A stretch of 64,000 nucleotides of DNA from an uncultured Christensenellaceae bacterium (GTDB lineage: Bacteria > Bacillota > Clostridia > Christensenellales > UBA3700), in assembly GCA_944380275.1 (NCBI GenBank), contig CALWHB010000001.1, positions 33,369-97,368 on the forward strand, in the 5' to 3' direction. Below, piece by piece: positions 29,263-38,784 of this stretch. Each line of letters starts with the position of its first letter. Positions within the stretch are counted from its first letter, which is position 1. A program made the position numbers and the translations under genes. Under the pieces are notes generated by a model. The model had not been told where the DNA came from, searched no databases, and saw only the letters and a program-made list of their open reading frames with translations.

Positions 29263-30161
29263 AACAAATCGACTATAAAATAGGCTACAAAGAGCAGATA
29301 GTGCTTTGTCTGGGTTTTTTTGACTGCGTACACCGCGGTCACAACGCTCTTATTCAGCGAGCACGACTTTTTGCAAAAATCGAAGGTGCGAAATGCGCCG
29401 TATTCACTTTTTGTTTCAGTCCGTTTGCAGCTTTGAACAAAGATTCTAAAGAGATTTTTACCTACGAAGAGAGAGTCATCCGTTTGTGGCAACTCGGCGT
29501 TGACATTGTTGTAAAAGCAGAACCTGATAAAAAATTCTTTTCAACGGATGCAGATAGTTTTCTCGACGTATTGTTTGAAAAATTCAACATATCAACCGTG
29601 ATAGCAGGCAGCGATTACACTTACGGCGCGGGCGCAAAAGGAAACGCCGATACATTAAAGAAATATTGCAGAGATAAAGGCGTGGACTGCTATATAGTCG
29701 ATATGGTAGAATATGCGCAAGGTAGAAAAATTGCCAGCCGTGAAATCAGAGAAATGGTCAAGGCAGGTGAAATAGAAAAAATAAACGCATTGTTGCCGCT
29801 GCCTTATATAGTGGCGGGAAAGGTCGTAAGAGGCAGACACGACGGCACGACGATAGGCACTCCCACCGCGAACATAGACATACCTGACGAAAAACTGCCG
29901 GTTGCAAGCGGCGTTTACGATACCGACGTGATTGTAGACGGGGTAAGACTGCGTGCGGTTACCAACGTAGGAGAGCATCCCACGTTTGACGATTCACATT
30001 ACAACGTAGAAAGCTATATTTTGCATTGGAATAAAGACATTTACGGCAAATTCATCGTTGTTGAATTTATAAAGCGACTGAGGGACGTAAAAAAATTTGA
30101 TACTAAAGAAGAACTTTCGGCTCAGATTGCAAAAGACGCCGAGAAAGTTCTCAGGAGGTAA
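29247..30161 (+). CDS. ribF: Bifunctional riboflavin kinase / FAD synthetase
   Basis: LGFFDCVHRGH is the FAD synthetase nucleotidyltransferase motif. The C-terminal riboflavin kinase region has GRHDGTTIGTPTANI and FIKRLRDVKKFDTKEEL. The start at 29247 lies inside the truB end. Confidence 0.93.
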   Translation: MEYDIKQIDYKIGYKEQIVLCLGFFDCVHRGHNALIQRARLFAKIEGAKCAVFTFCFSPFAALNKDSKEIFTYEERVIRLWQLGVDIVVKAEPDKKFFSTDADSFLDVLFEKFNISTVIAGSDYTYGAGAKGNADTLKKYCRDKGVDCYIVDMVEYAQGRKIASREIREMVKAGEIEKINALLPLPYIVAGKVVRGRHDGTTIGTPTANIDIPDEKLPVASGVYDTDVIVDGVRLRAVTNVGEHPTFDDSHYNVESYILHWNKDIYGKFIVVEFIKRLRDVKKFDTKEELSAQIAKDAEKVLRR

Positions 30162-30163
30162 AA

Positions 30164-31009
30164 ATGATAAAATTCGGGCCGAGCGGAAGTTGCGAACTGT
30201 TTGCCATGCAGGGATTTTCACATACCGTACAAGAGGCGAAATGGCTTGCCGGATTGGGACTGGATTGCTTTGAATATTCCTTCGGAAGAGGTGTAAGAAT
30301 AAGTGAAAAGACTGCGCGTGAAATAGGCGAAGAGTTTAAAAAATATTCTGTCGAAATATCCGTTCACGCACCTTATTTTATAAATCTCGCGACTTTGGAA
30401 GAACAAAAGGCTGAAAATAATCATGAATATATTTTCGGTTCACTTAAAGCTCTGAGAGAAATGGGCGGTAAGAGGTGCGTTTTCCACCCAGGCTCGCCGC
30501 TTAAAGCTGACAGGAAGGACGCTATGGATACGTTGATGAAACGTCTTGACGTCGTAATGACTCTTAAGCACGAACTCGGATACGACGATTTGTGGCTGTG
30601 TGCTGAAACTATGGGTAAAAAATCGCAGCTGGGAAATCTCGAAGAAGTCATACGTATGTGCAAGGATTACGACACGTTGTTGCCGTGTATCGACTTCGGT
30701 CATCTAAATGCGCGCGATTGCGGAATAATAAAAGGATACGACGATTATAAACGCATAATCGACGCTCTTGCAGACGGACTTGGCGATTTCAAGACTAAAA
30801 ACATGCATATACATTTCAGCAAAATTCAGTATACCGACAAAGGAGAACTCAGACATCTGACGTTTGAAGACGACAAATTCGGACCTGATTTTGAGCCTTT
30901 GATGAAGGTGATATATGATTATAAGCTTGAACCATACATAGCCTGCGAATCTGCAGGCACTCAGACGCTTGACGCACTCAAGATGAAAAACTACTATAAA
31001 TCGCTATAA
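30164..31009 (+). CDS. Xylose-isomerase-like TIM-barrel protein (AP endonuclease 2 / endonuclease IV-related family)
   Basis: The pattern FEYSFGRG...ISVHAPYFINLA...VFHPG...IDFGHLNA is typical of this TIM-barrel fold. The exact activity is not inferable from sequence. Confidence 0.65.
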   Translation: MIKFGPSGSCELFAMQGFSHTVQEAKWLAGLGLDCFEYSFGRGVRISEKTAREIGEEFKKYSVEISVHAPYFINLATLEEQKAENNHEYIFGSLKALREMGGKRCVFHPGSPLKADRKDAMDTLMKRLDVVMTLKHELGYDDLWLCAETMGKKSQLGNLEEVIRMCKDYDTLLPCIDFGHLNARDCGIIKGYDDYKRIIDALADGLGDFKTKNMHIHFSKIQYTDKGELRHLTFEDDKFGPDFEPLMKVIYDYKLEPYIACESAGTQTLDALKMKNYYKSL

Positions 31010-31049
31010 TTCTTTACAAAGATATGGCTGTATGATAAAATAATTAAGT

Positions 31050-32093
31050 ATGAACGGCACTATGGACATCATGAAAAAATACGGCTGTGATGCGGTTATA
31101 GCAATCACGCCTTCAAATACTTTTTATCTCAGCGGTTACGAGAGCAGCAACTGTACGATACTTCTTACTGACGATAAGTCATATTTTTTCACCGATATGA
31201 GATATCTCGAAGAGGCAAAAAGCTGTATCGGCGACCGCTTTGAAGTCTGTCTTGGAGGCATAAACGAAATAGCAGAAATTGTAAAAACTCTCAGAATTTC
31301 TGCTTTAGGCGTTGAAGAAAGCGTAAGCCACATTGAATACAAAGCACTCGAAAAGTTGTTTGAAGGTTTGAAATTAATTGCCGTCGACGACGCTTTTAAA
31401 GAACTGAGAGCTGTAAAGAGTGAAAGAGAAATTTCTCTGATAAAACAGGCTCAGGTCGTAACTGACACGGCTTTCAAAGAGATTCTTCCTTTCATAAAAG
31501 AAGGCGTCAGTGAAATTGAAATCGCTGCAAGACTTGAATACATCATATTGAAAAACGGCTGCGAGCTTGCTTTTGACAGCATTGTCGCCTTTGGAGATAA
31601 CGGCAGCAAGCCTCACGCTCACAGAAGTGAAAGAACTCTGAAACGCGGCGAATTCGTTACGATGGACTTCGGTGCGAAATACAGAGGATACTGTTCGGAC
31701 ATGACGAGAACTGTTGCTCTTGGGACGGTAGACGAGAGAAAAGCTCGTGCCTACAACGCGGTTCTTGAGGCAAACAAACTTGCGGCAAAAGCAATAAAAC
31801 CGGGTGAGAAATGCTGCGATATAGATGCGGTTGCAAGAAACTATCTTGCCAAATTCTCGCTTGACAAATATTTCGCGCACTCACTCGGACACAGCGTAGG
31901 AGTAGATATTCACGAGATGCCGGCATTTTCGCCCAGGTGCGACGCGGTTTTAAAACCCGGTATGATTATCACCGTCGAGCCGGGGGTATATCTTGAAGGC
32001 GATTTCGGGCTGAGAATAGAGGATATGGCTCTCGTTACGGAAAACGGCAGCGAAAATCTCACTCACTCAGACAAAAATCTGATTGTTCTGTAA
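31050..32093 (+). CDS. M24-family Xaa-Pro aminopeptidase (YqhT/PepP-like)
   Basis: Creatinase-like N-terminal domain and M24 metal ligands (DFGAKYRGYCSDMTRT, HSLGHSVGVDIHE, VEPGVY, RIEDM). Placement 5' of efp matches B. subtilis yqhT-efp. Confidence 0.88.
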   Translation: MNGTMDIMKKYGCDAVIAITPSNTFYLSGYESSNCTILLTDDKSYFFTDMRYLEEAKSCIGDRFEVCLGGINEIAEIVKTLRISALGVEESVSHIEYKALEKLFEGLKLIAVDDAFKELRAVKSEREISLIKQAQVVTDTAFKEILPFIKEGVSEIEIAARLEYIILKNGCELAFDSIVAFGDNGSKPHAHRSERTLKRGEFVTMDFGAKYRGYCSDMTRTVALGTVDERKARAYNAVLEANKLAAKAIKPGEKCCDIDAVARNYLAKFSLDKYFAHSLGHSVGVDIHEMPAFSPRCDAVLKPGMIITVEPGVYLEGDFGLRIEDMALVTENGSENLTHSDKNLIVL

Positions 32094-32133
32094 TTTTTTA
32101 TACTGTCAGATGTCAGATTATATAAAAGAGAAA

Positions 32134-32163
32134 TTGACGGATTAATCCGTTTTTTGATAAAAT
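32134..32163 (+). promoter_or_regulatory. Candidate sigma-A promoter of efp, overlapping a short terminator-like hairpin after pepP
   Basis: TTGACG (32134-32139), an 18-nt spacer, then TAAAAT (32158-32163). The spacer contains the palindrome ACGGATTAATCCGT followed by TTTTT. Confidence 0.4.
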
Positions 32164-32195
32164 AATAATTAGCAAGCATAGCATGGAGGTTTTTT

Positions 32196-32762
32196 ATGGC
32201 TGATTTTATATTGGCAGGCGATTTCAGAAAGGGTATTACCTTTGAGATGGACGGCAAGGTCATGACTATCGTCGACTTTTTGCACGTTAAACCGGGCAAG
32301 GGTGCGGCATTTGTCAGAACAAAGCTGCGCAACGTTATTTCGGGCGGCGTTATTGAAATGACTTTCAACCCCACGGATAAATTCCCGACCGCGCACATCG
32401 AACGCAAGACGATGAGCTATTCTTATAACGACGGCGATTTGTATTACTTTATGGACAACGAAACCTTTGACATGATTCCGCTCAACAAGGAAGTATGCGA
32501 AGAGGCTTTGCAGTTTGTACCTGAAAACGGAGAAGTCAGCGTTTCCTTCTACAACGGAAACCCGTTCTCAGTAGAGGCTCCCAACTTTGTAGAACTCAAG
32601 ATAGTTCACAGCGAACCCGGCGTAAAGGGCAATACCACCACCAACGCTACAAAGCCCGCAACGCTTGAAACCGGTTATACGCTCAACGTTCCGCTTTTTG
32701 TAAACGAAGGAGATACGATAAGAGTAGATACGCGTACCGGTTCTTATATGTCCAGAGTGTAA
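32196..32762 (+). CDS. efp: Translation elongation factor P
   Basis: [39 protein letters not shown], with the conserved loop Lys in KPGKG. Confidence 0.97.
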   Translation: MADFILAGDFRKGITFEMDGKVMTIVDFLHVKPGKGAAFVRTKLRNVISGGVIEMTFNPTDKFPTAHIERKTMSYSYNDGDLYYFMDNETFDMIPLNKEVCEEALQFVPENGEVSVSFYNGNPFSVEAPNFVELKIVHSEPGVKGNTTTNATKPATLETGYTLNVPLFVNEGDTIRVDTRTGSYMSRV

Positions 32763-32789
32763 TAGAACAATCTGAAAGCAAGAATTACT

Positions 32790-32823
32790 GCGCGACCCTT
32801 AAACGGGTCGCGTCTTTTTTTTG
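32790..32823 (+). terminator. Rho-independent terminator after efp
   Basis: Stem GCGCGACCC/GGGTCGCG with a 6-nt loop, followed by a T-run of about 10. Confidence 0.85.
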
Positions 32824-33081
32824 ATAACAAAATAAAATAGACAAATAGGGCATATTTATTTTGAATATTATATTTTTTTGATTAATTTAGAATAATTTCA
32901 GACATTATTTGAGTAAAATCAGTATAAAAATAACTAAAATTTATAATAGCAATTTAACAAATATTAAAAAATTTTCTGCAAGCTGAAATAATCACTAAGA
33001 AAATTACATTAACGTTATAAAATTTCTCATCAGTTTCCCGTTCTCACAATTTGCGAAAAAAGTAAAATTTTGACGTTGTTG

Positions 33082-33109
33082 AAATAATGCAAAAGAGTAC
33101 GCATAGATT
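33082..33109 (+). promoter_or_regulatory. Possible sigma-E-type (mother-cell) promoter of the spoIIIA operon
   Basis: AAATAAT (33082-33088), 13 nt, then CATAGATT (33102-33109). This loosely resembles the B. subtilis sigma-E -35 ATATT / -10 CATACA-T pattern, recalled from memory, and lies about 25 nt upstream of the spoIIIAA GTG. A weak call. Confidence 0.25.
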
Positions 33110-33133
33110 ATTGTATCCGAAGGAGGATACGGC

Positions 33134-34003
33134 GTGATTACAGATTTATTGCCTGAAAAAATTTCAGATATTTTAAAAAACAATACTGATTATAACAGTC
33201 TTACCGAAGTAAGGCTGAGAACCGACAAGCCTTTATCCGTTGCCGAATACGGAGAATATTATGCACCGTGCGACTGTAACGGACACAGATATTTTGTTAC
33301 GAAAGATGACATCGAACACGTACTTGCCGTAGCCACTAAGCACTCGGTATATGCGGTAAACAACCAGCTTGCAAGCGGCTTTCTGAGTTGCGACGACGGT
33401 ATCAGAATAGGTGTTTCGGGTGAAGGTGTTTATAAAAACGGTAAACTTTTTACTCTTAAAAACGTCAGTTCTCTGTGTATCAGGATACCCAGACAGATTT
33501 TCGGATGCGCAAGCGGACTCGAACGTATAGTCAATGACTTTGACAACACGCTTATTATTTCGCCTCCGGGCATGGGAAAAACAACTATTCTGAGAGAATT
33601 TGTCAGAATTTTATCTGAAAAAGGTAAAAACGTCGTCGTCATCGACGAGAGGAACGAACTTTCTGCATGCGTGAACGGAAAACCGTCTATGGACCTGGGC
33701 GCAAATACTGACGTATTGCTGTTTTCAAGTAAAAAAAACGGCTATCAGGACGTTGTCAGGTCAATGAAACCCGATATAATAGCAACCGACGAAATTTTCG
33801 GAAAGGACGAAATAGCATGTCTTCAGGATATAAGTCGCTGCGGAGTTAAGATAATTGCTACCGTCCATGCAAAAGACACCGTATCCTTACTACGGGACCG
33901 GACGTATTGCGAATTGGCAGCATTTACGCGCTATTTCGTCGAACTCGGCGAACTTGGTAAAATCACGGCGATAAAAGACAAAGAGGAGCTGAAAAAGTGC
34001 TGA
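33134..34003 (+). CDS. spoIIIAA: Stage III sporulation protein AA (secretion-type ATPase)
   Basis: Walker A SPPGMGKTT, Walker B VIATDEI, and first position in an eight-gene spoIIIA-like cluster. GTG start after GAAGGAGGA. Confidence 0.9.
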   Translation: MITDLLPEKISDILKNNTDYNSLTEVRLRTDKPLSVAEYGEYYAPCDCNGHRYFVTKDDIEHVLAVATKHSVYAVNNQLASGFLSCDDGIRIGVSGEGVYKNGKLFTLKNVSSLCIRIPRQIFGCASGLERIVNDFDNTLIISPPGMGKTTILREFVRILSEKGKNVVVIDERNELSACVNGKPSMDLGANTDVLLFSSKKNGYQDVVRSMKPDIIATDEIFGKDEIACLQDISRCGVKIIATVHAKDTVSLLRDRTYCELAAFTRYFVELGELGKITAIKDKEELKKC

Positions 34004-34497
34004 AACTGCTTATAGGCGCGGCTTTGTTCATATGTTGCGGTTATGCCGGATACGGAATTTCTGCTCATTACAGAAAGAGATACAATCTGCTCGTGAAAAT
34101 AAACGGCTACATAGACGCTCTCGAAAACGGAATTTCATATCTGCAAAACACTTCCGAAGAATTGACAAAAGGATATACGGGCGAAAGCAAAGATGACTGT
34201 GCGATTATCCTGAGAAGATATTTATCTCTTTTAGACAAAGGTACTTTTTCAAAAGGAGATTGTTTTGACGCGACTAAAACGCACTTACTCAGCGGATATG
34301 AGCGTCAGATACTGGCGGACATGCTGTTTTCTTTGGGAAAATCCGACCTTGACACTCAGTTGTCGGAACTGAAAAATTATCGCGCTTTATTTGCACCCGT
34401 TACCGAGAGCGCGAAACAGAACTATAAAAAATACGGCACGCTCGCTTTTAAATTGGGTATACTGGCAGGTCTTGCCGCGCTGCTCATAACGGCGTAA
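33997..34497 (+). CDS. spoIIIAB: Stage III sporulation protein AB
   Basis: 166 aa with N- and C-terminal TM helices flanking a helical cytoplasmic domain. Second position in the operon; its start overlaps the spoIIIAA end. Confidence 0.8.
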   Translation: MLKLLIGAALFICCGYAGYGISAHYRKRYNLLVKINGYIDALENGISYLQNTSEELTKGYTGESKDDCAIILRRYLSLLDKGTFSKGDCFDATKTHLLSGYERQILADMLFSLGKSDLDTQLSELKNYRALFAPVTESAKQNYKKYGTLAFKLGILAGLAALLITA

Positions 34498-34510
34498 ATA
34501 CGGAGGGAAA

Positions 34511-34708
34511 ATGGATACGGGAATAATTTTTAAAATAGCGGGAGTAGGACTGCTTACCGCGATTGTAAACATTGTGCTTAAAAAGAGTGATAAGGACGAA
34601 ATAGCAACTCTCGTAACTCTTACGGGGCTTGTCATCGTTCTTATGATTGTTCTCGATATGCTGGGCGGACTGTTTGACAGTCTGAAATCTATCCTGAGTC
34701 TTTACTGA
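34511..34708 (+). CDS. spoIIIAC: Stage III sporulation protein AC
   Basis: 65-aa two-TM protein (IFKIAGVGLLTAIVNIVLKKSDKDEIA). Size and order match SpoIIIAC. Confidence 0.85.
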   Translation: MDTGIIFKIAGVGLLTAIVNIVLKKSDKDEIATLVTLTGLVIVLMIVLDMLGGLFDSLKSILSLY

Positions 34709-35091
34709 TGGACGTTTTCAAGCTGGTCGCAATCGGTATAACAGGCGCAATTGCCTGTCTTCTGCTCAAGAAGACTGACGGGCAGTACGCCGCTCTCGTT
34801 GCCGTCGCAACGGGTATTGTTATCCTGATTATATGCATAAAATCGCTTGCGTCAGTTCTCGTTTCTTTGCAGGAAATCGTCGACAAAACGGGCATAGACA
34901 ACGCTTTATTTTCTTCATTAATGAAGATAGTGGGCGTAGGGTATCTTACAGAATTTGCCTGCGGACTTTGCGACGATATGGATTGCGGAGGTATATCGAA
35001 AAAAATTGCGCTTGGAGGAAAGATAGCGATATTTCTTATGTCGCTGCCTATTGTCAACGCGCTTATTGATACCGTTGCGGGGCTTATATGA
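34708..35091 (+). CDS. spoIIIAD: Stage III sporulation protein AD
   Basis: 127-aa four-TM protein (FKLVAIGITGAIACLLLKK...) paralogous in pattern to SpoIIIAC. Fourth position in the operon. Confidence 0.85.
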   Translation: MDVFKLVAIGITGAIACLLLKKTDGQYAALVAVATGIVILIICIKSLASVLVSLQEIVDKTGIDNALFSSLMKIVGVGYLTEFACGLCDDMDCGGISKKIALGGKIAIFLMSLPIVNALIDTVAGLI

Positions 35092-36275
35092 AAAAATGCG
35101 CTAAAAAAATTGCAATAATAATCCTTTTATCGGTTCTGATTGCCTCTCTGTGTGCAGAACTGACTTTTGCCGATGAATCCGCACAGGAAAAACTCGAAGA
35201 CGAAATAGAGGACAAGCTCGGAGAACTGGATTTTTCTGAATTGCAGAACTGGCTGAGTGAATACGGCGACAACGGTACCGGAATAGCCGACAACGGAATA
35301 ATGCAGGCAATAAAGGACGTAATAGCGGGGAAGTTCGATTGCGACGCCGCCGGTTTCTTTTCTGCACTCGGCTCTATAGCGTCAGGAGCGGTAAAAGACG
35401 CACTCCCTGCTCTGATAGCTATATTTGCAGTTGCACTGCTTTACTCTATCGTCGGAGGGCTTTCAGGTGGCTTTTTGAGAAAAAGTACGACAGAACTGAT
35501 ATATTTTGCGTGTTATGTGACGATGATTTCAATAGTTGCTGCAAAAGTCGCATCACTTCTTATGACTGCAACGTCTACCGTAAAATCAATGCAGTCGCTT
35601 ATGAACGCTACTTTTCCGGTGTTGCTTACCTTGTTGACAGCATTGGGTTCTGTTACTTCCGCAACGGTATACAGACCTATGACTGCTATCCTTGCAAGCG
35701 GCGTTACAGCGGTCGTAACATCGGTGGTACTGCCACTTTTTATAGCCGCTACCGTTGTGGGAATAGTAGGAAATCTGAGCAAAAACATAAAATTGAATAA
35801 GCTTACGTCGTTTTTTACAAGTTGCGCAAATTTTATTCTGGGCAGCATTTTCGGAATATTTGCCACCTTTTTATCCGTTCAGGGACTGACCGGAGCGATT
35901 GCGGATACCGTTTCTGTAAAAACGGCGAAATTTGCTTTGCAAAGTTACGTTCCGCTGCTCGGCGGGTATTTATCAGACGGATTTGACCTTGTGCTTGCAG
36001 GAATTGTGCTTATAAAAAATTCTGCAGGACTCGTGATTACGCTTTTAATACTTGCGGCAATTGCCGTTCCTGTAATAGAAATAGCGGTATTTTCTCTTGG
36101 ACTTAAGCTCGTCAGCGGACTTATAGAGCCGTTTTGCGATAACAGATTCTGCACAATGCTGTCAGGCGTATCCAAAAACCTCGGAGTGCTTATCGCGATT
36201 GTCCTCGGTGTAGGTTTTATGTTTATAGTTACTGTAATGCTGATTGTGGCGACTTGCAATGCGGGGGTAGTATGA
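35088..36275 (+). CDS. spoIIIAE: Stage III sporulation protein AE
   Basis: 395 aa with a signal peptide plus a polytopic permease-like body. Fifth position in the operon. Confidence 0.88.
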   Translation: MKKCAKKIAIIILLSVLIASLCAELTFADESAQEKLEDEIEDKLGELDFSELQNWLSEYGDNGTGIADNGIMQAIKDVIAGKFDCDAAGFFSALGSIASGAVKDALPALIAIFAVALLYSIVGGLSGGFLRKSTTELIYFACYVTMISIVAAKVASLLMTATSTVKSMQSLMNATFPVLLTLLTALGSVTSATVYRPMTAILASGVTAVVTSVVLPLFIAATVVGIVGNLSKNIKLNKLTSFFTSCANFILGSIFGIFATFLSVQGLTGAIADTVSVKTAKFALQSYVPLLGGYLSDGFDLVLAGIVLIKNSAGLVITLLILAAIAVPVIEIAVFSLGLKLVSGLIEPFCDNRFCTMLSGVSKNLGVLIAIVLGVGFMFIVTVMLIVATCNAGVV

Positions 36276-36733
36276 CAGCCTGGATAATGAGTATAGTAGG
36301 GGTCGTGGTTGTCGGAGTTCTGATTGACGTGCTTACCCCGGAAGGCGACAGCAACAAATACGTAAAAGGCGTCTATGCGCTTATTGTTGTACTTGTAATC
36401 GCATCTCCGATTGTCAAAGCACTCAGGTCCGAAACAGACTTTTCAAAGTACTTTGAAGACTCTTTTCAGACAGATTCAGCTTTTGTTGATTACGTAAACG
36501 GGGACAGAAAAGACTCTGACGAAGAAAAAATCGCAAATTCTCTCAAAATTCGCGGATACGAAAATGCAACGGTGGTTATTTTTACTTCTACTTCAGACAT
36601 ATATGAAATTGACAGGGTAAACGTGGACATTACATTGTGCATACAGACAAAGGAAGAGTGTGAACAGGACGTTATAAAACTTGTGATGAGCGTTACAGAC
36701 TGCAACGAGGTGAGAGTTTATGACAACAAATAA
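36272..36733 (+). CDS. spoIIIAF: Stage III sporulation protein AF
   Basis: N-terminal double TM (WIMSIVGVVVVGVLIDVL...) plus a soluble domain. The ATG at 36272 overlaps the spoIIIAE stop; the ORF-track start is 36254. Confidence 0.75.
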   Translation: MTAWIMSIVGVVVVGVLIDVLTPEGDSNKYVKGVYALIVVLVIASPIVKALRSETDFSKYFEDSFQTDSAFVDYVNGDRKDSDEEKIANSLKIRGYENATVVIFTSTSDIYEIDRVNVDITLCIQTKEECEQDVIKLVMSVTDCNEVRVYDNK

Positions 36734-37271
36734 CGACGCTGCCGCTAAAGTAGGCATCATATCGAAACTAAAGAGCGTAAAGCACATAGAAATCATTGTC
36801 GCCGTGACACTAATCGCCGTATGTATTCTGGGATATTTTATATACTCGCAGCTTAAAAACGATACAAAGGTATCAACGGCGTCTGACAGCGAGGAATTGA
36901 GCGTAAAAATTGCTGATATAATATCCGAAATCGACGGCGTGGGTAAATGCGAAATACTTATTACTTACGACGGCAGCGAAAGATACGAAATCGCTTATGA
37001 CGAAGAAACTGTTACGACCGTAACTACAGACAGCGACACCAACAGCAACAGAGTGATTGAAAATTCCACAACGACGTCAACTCCGGTAATTATTACCGTA
37101 GACGGAAAACAGCAACCCCTTGTTATTTCGACGATTCCGGCAGAAATCGACGGAATAGTGGTTGTCGCAGAAGGCGGCGACGACGTCAAAGTAAAAATCG
37201 ACATAATAAACGCGCTTTGCGCGCTGCTTAAAGTCGACGGGTCAAAAATAAAAGTGTATAAAATGAAATAA
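36720..37271 (+). CDS. spoIIIAG: Stage III sporulation protein AG (YscJ/FliF-like ring-forming protein)
   Basis: Single N-terminal TM. The C-terminal ring-building-motif-like segment is IDGIVVVAEGGDDVKVKIDIINALCALLKVDGSKIKVYKM. Confidence 0.78.
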   Translation: MTTNNDAAAKVGIISKLKSVKHIEIIVAVTLIAVCILGYFIYSQLKNDTKVSTASDSEELSVKIADIISEIDGVGKCEILITYDGSERYEIAYDEETVTTVTTDSDTNSNRVIENSTTTSTPVIITVDGKQQPLVISTIPAEIDGIVVVAEGGDDVKVKIDIINALCALLKVDGSKIKVYKMK

Positions 37272-37364
37272 ACGATAATATATATAAAACAGAAAGGCGG
37301 CAAACACGCAAACAGGCCGAAAGCCTGAAAAAATATATTTTTTTACATCCATGGAGGTATTTTT

Positions 37365-37901
37365 ATGGCAGAACAGACTCAGGCAGTGAAAGCGAAAAAA
37401 TCGCTTTCATCAAACGCAAAAAAGGTAATTATCCTTTGCAGCATGGTTGCGCTGCTCGTGCTTACGGGCGTACTCAACTTTGCTCTCAACAGCGACTGGT
37501 TTTCAAAGACAAGCGACGGCGGCGACCAGCTGACGGGAGGAGATACGGTTGAAACCTTCTTCAGTACATACCGTACCAGTCGTGAAACTGCGAGAGCGGA
37601 AGAAATGAGTTATCTCGACGCTATCATCGCATCCGAAACTTCGACCGAAGAGGCAAAAGCTACCGCTGAAACAATGAAACAGGACCTTTTGAACAATATT
37701 GAGGCAGAACTTGTCATCGAAAGTCTTATCAAAGCAAAAGGTTTTGACGATGCGGTCGTAACCATGAGTACAAACAACGTAAACGTTATCGTCAATAAGA
37801 GCGAACTGGAATCTCAGGAAGTTGCACAGATTCTCAACGTAATCCTTGAGGAAACAGATTATACGGCAAGCGAAGTCGTTGTGGTTCCATATACCGCTTA
37901 A
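37365..37901 (+). CDS. spoIIIAH: Stage III sporulation protein AH
   Basis: N-terminal TM, with the C-terminal segment LIKAKGFDDAVVTMSTNNVNVIV typical of SpoIIIAH/YscJ-like domains. Last gene of the cluster. Confidence 0.75.
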   Translation: MAEQTQAVKAKKSLSSNAKKVIILCSMVALLVLTGVLNFALNSDWFSKTSDGGDQLTGGDTVETFFSTYRTSRETARAEEMSYLDAIIASETSTEEAKATAETMKQDLLNNIEAELVIESLIKAKGFDDAVVTMSTNNVNVIVNKSELESQEVAQILNVILEETDYTASEVVVVPYTA

Positions 37902-37904
37902 CGC

Positions 37905-37933
37905 TTGTCAATTGCGCTGAAGTATGATACAAT
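37905..37933 (+). promoter_or_regulatory. Sigma-A type promoter of the asp23-nusB-folD-xseAB-ispA unit
   Basis: TTGTCA (37905-37910), a 17-nt spacer, then TACAAT (37928-37933) with an extended -10 TGa. Confidence 0.55.
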
Positions 37934-37957
37934 ATAGGCATATTTCGGAGGTGTGAT

Positions 37958-38305
37958 ATGTCATTGGACAACTATCAGACAAGAGAAACCTACGTCAATA
38001 TTATCACTTCTGTGGCTGGCAGCGCGGCATCTCAGGTCGATGGAATAGCGTCAGTATCGTACGAGGCAGGTCTGAAGAAAAGCGTCAAGTTGGGCAAGAA
38101 CAAGAAAAACAACGCGATTACCGTTGAACTTTACGACGACATGACGGCTATTATCGACGTTTCGGTAAACGTATATTACGGACACGTTATTCCCATGGTA
38201 ATAGCCGGACTGCAGGAAAAAATTAAGACAGAAGTCGAAAGAGCGACTTCATACAAAGTCAAAGCGGTCAATGTTACCGTGGCAGGCGTCGTGTATTCAA
38301 ACTGA
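37958..38305 (+). CDS. Asp23/Gls24-family envelope stress protein (YqhY-like)
   Basis: ITSVAGSAASQVDGIASV...VSVNVYYGHVIPMVIAGLQEKIKTEVERATSYKVKAVNVTVAGV. Its position before nusB matches B. subtilis yqhY. Confidence 0.88.
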   Translation: MSLDNYQTRETYVNIITSVAGSAASQVDGIASVSYEAGLKKSVKLGKNKKNNAITVELYDDMTAIIDVSVNVYYGHVIPMVIAGLQEKIKTEVERATSYKVKAVNVTVAGVVYSN

Positions 38306-38320
38306 AGATAATTTTCATTG

Positions 38321-38349
38321 CCCTCCGTCGGATTTCCGACGGAGGGTTT
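38321..38349 (+). terminator. Strong hairpin (terminator or attenuator) between asp23 and nusB
   Basis: 11-bp stem CCCTCCGTCGG/CCGACGGAGGG with a 4-nt loop, but only TTT follows it. Confidence 0.5.
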
Positions 38350-38367
38350 ACAACGGAGTAAAGATAT

Positions 38368-38784
38368 ATGAGCAGAAAAAAAGCGCGCGATTATGCGTAT
38401 AAACTCGTCTTTGAGTGGCTTTTCAACAAAGACAACGGCGGACAATCTCCCACAATGGATTCAATATTCGAAGACAGCGAGATTACGCTTGCGGACAAAG
38501 ATTATATCAAATCAGTCGTCGGAGGAGTGCAGAACTCTTACGACGAGCTTTGCGTTCTGATAGAATCCAATTCCCGCAATTTTAAGATAGAACGCATTTT
38601 CAAGCCTGACCTGGCAGCTTTGTTGCTTTCGTCGTACGAACTCAGATATATGAAAGATATACCGCCTGCGGTTTCTATAAGTGAAATTCTGGATATAGTA
38701 AAAACCTATTCTACGCCTGACAGCTATGTGTTCGTCAACGGCGTTCTTGCAGGAATAGTCAGACAAATCGGAGGAAATAATTGA
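38368..38784 (+). CDS. nusB: Transcription antitermination factor NusB
   Basis: MSRKKARDYAYKLVFEW... and YELRYMKDIPPAVSISEILDIVKTYS...FVNGVL are present. Confidence 0.92.
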   Translation: MSRKKARDYAYKLVFEWLFNKDNGGQSPTMDSIFEDSEITLADKDYIKSVVGGVQNSYDELCVLIESNSRNFKIERIFKPDLAALLLSSYELRYMKDIPPAVSISEILDIVKTYSTPDSYVFVNGVLAGIVRQIGGNN

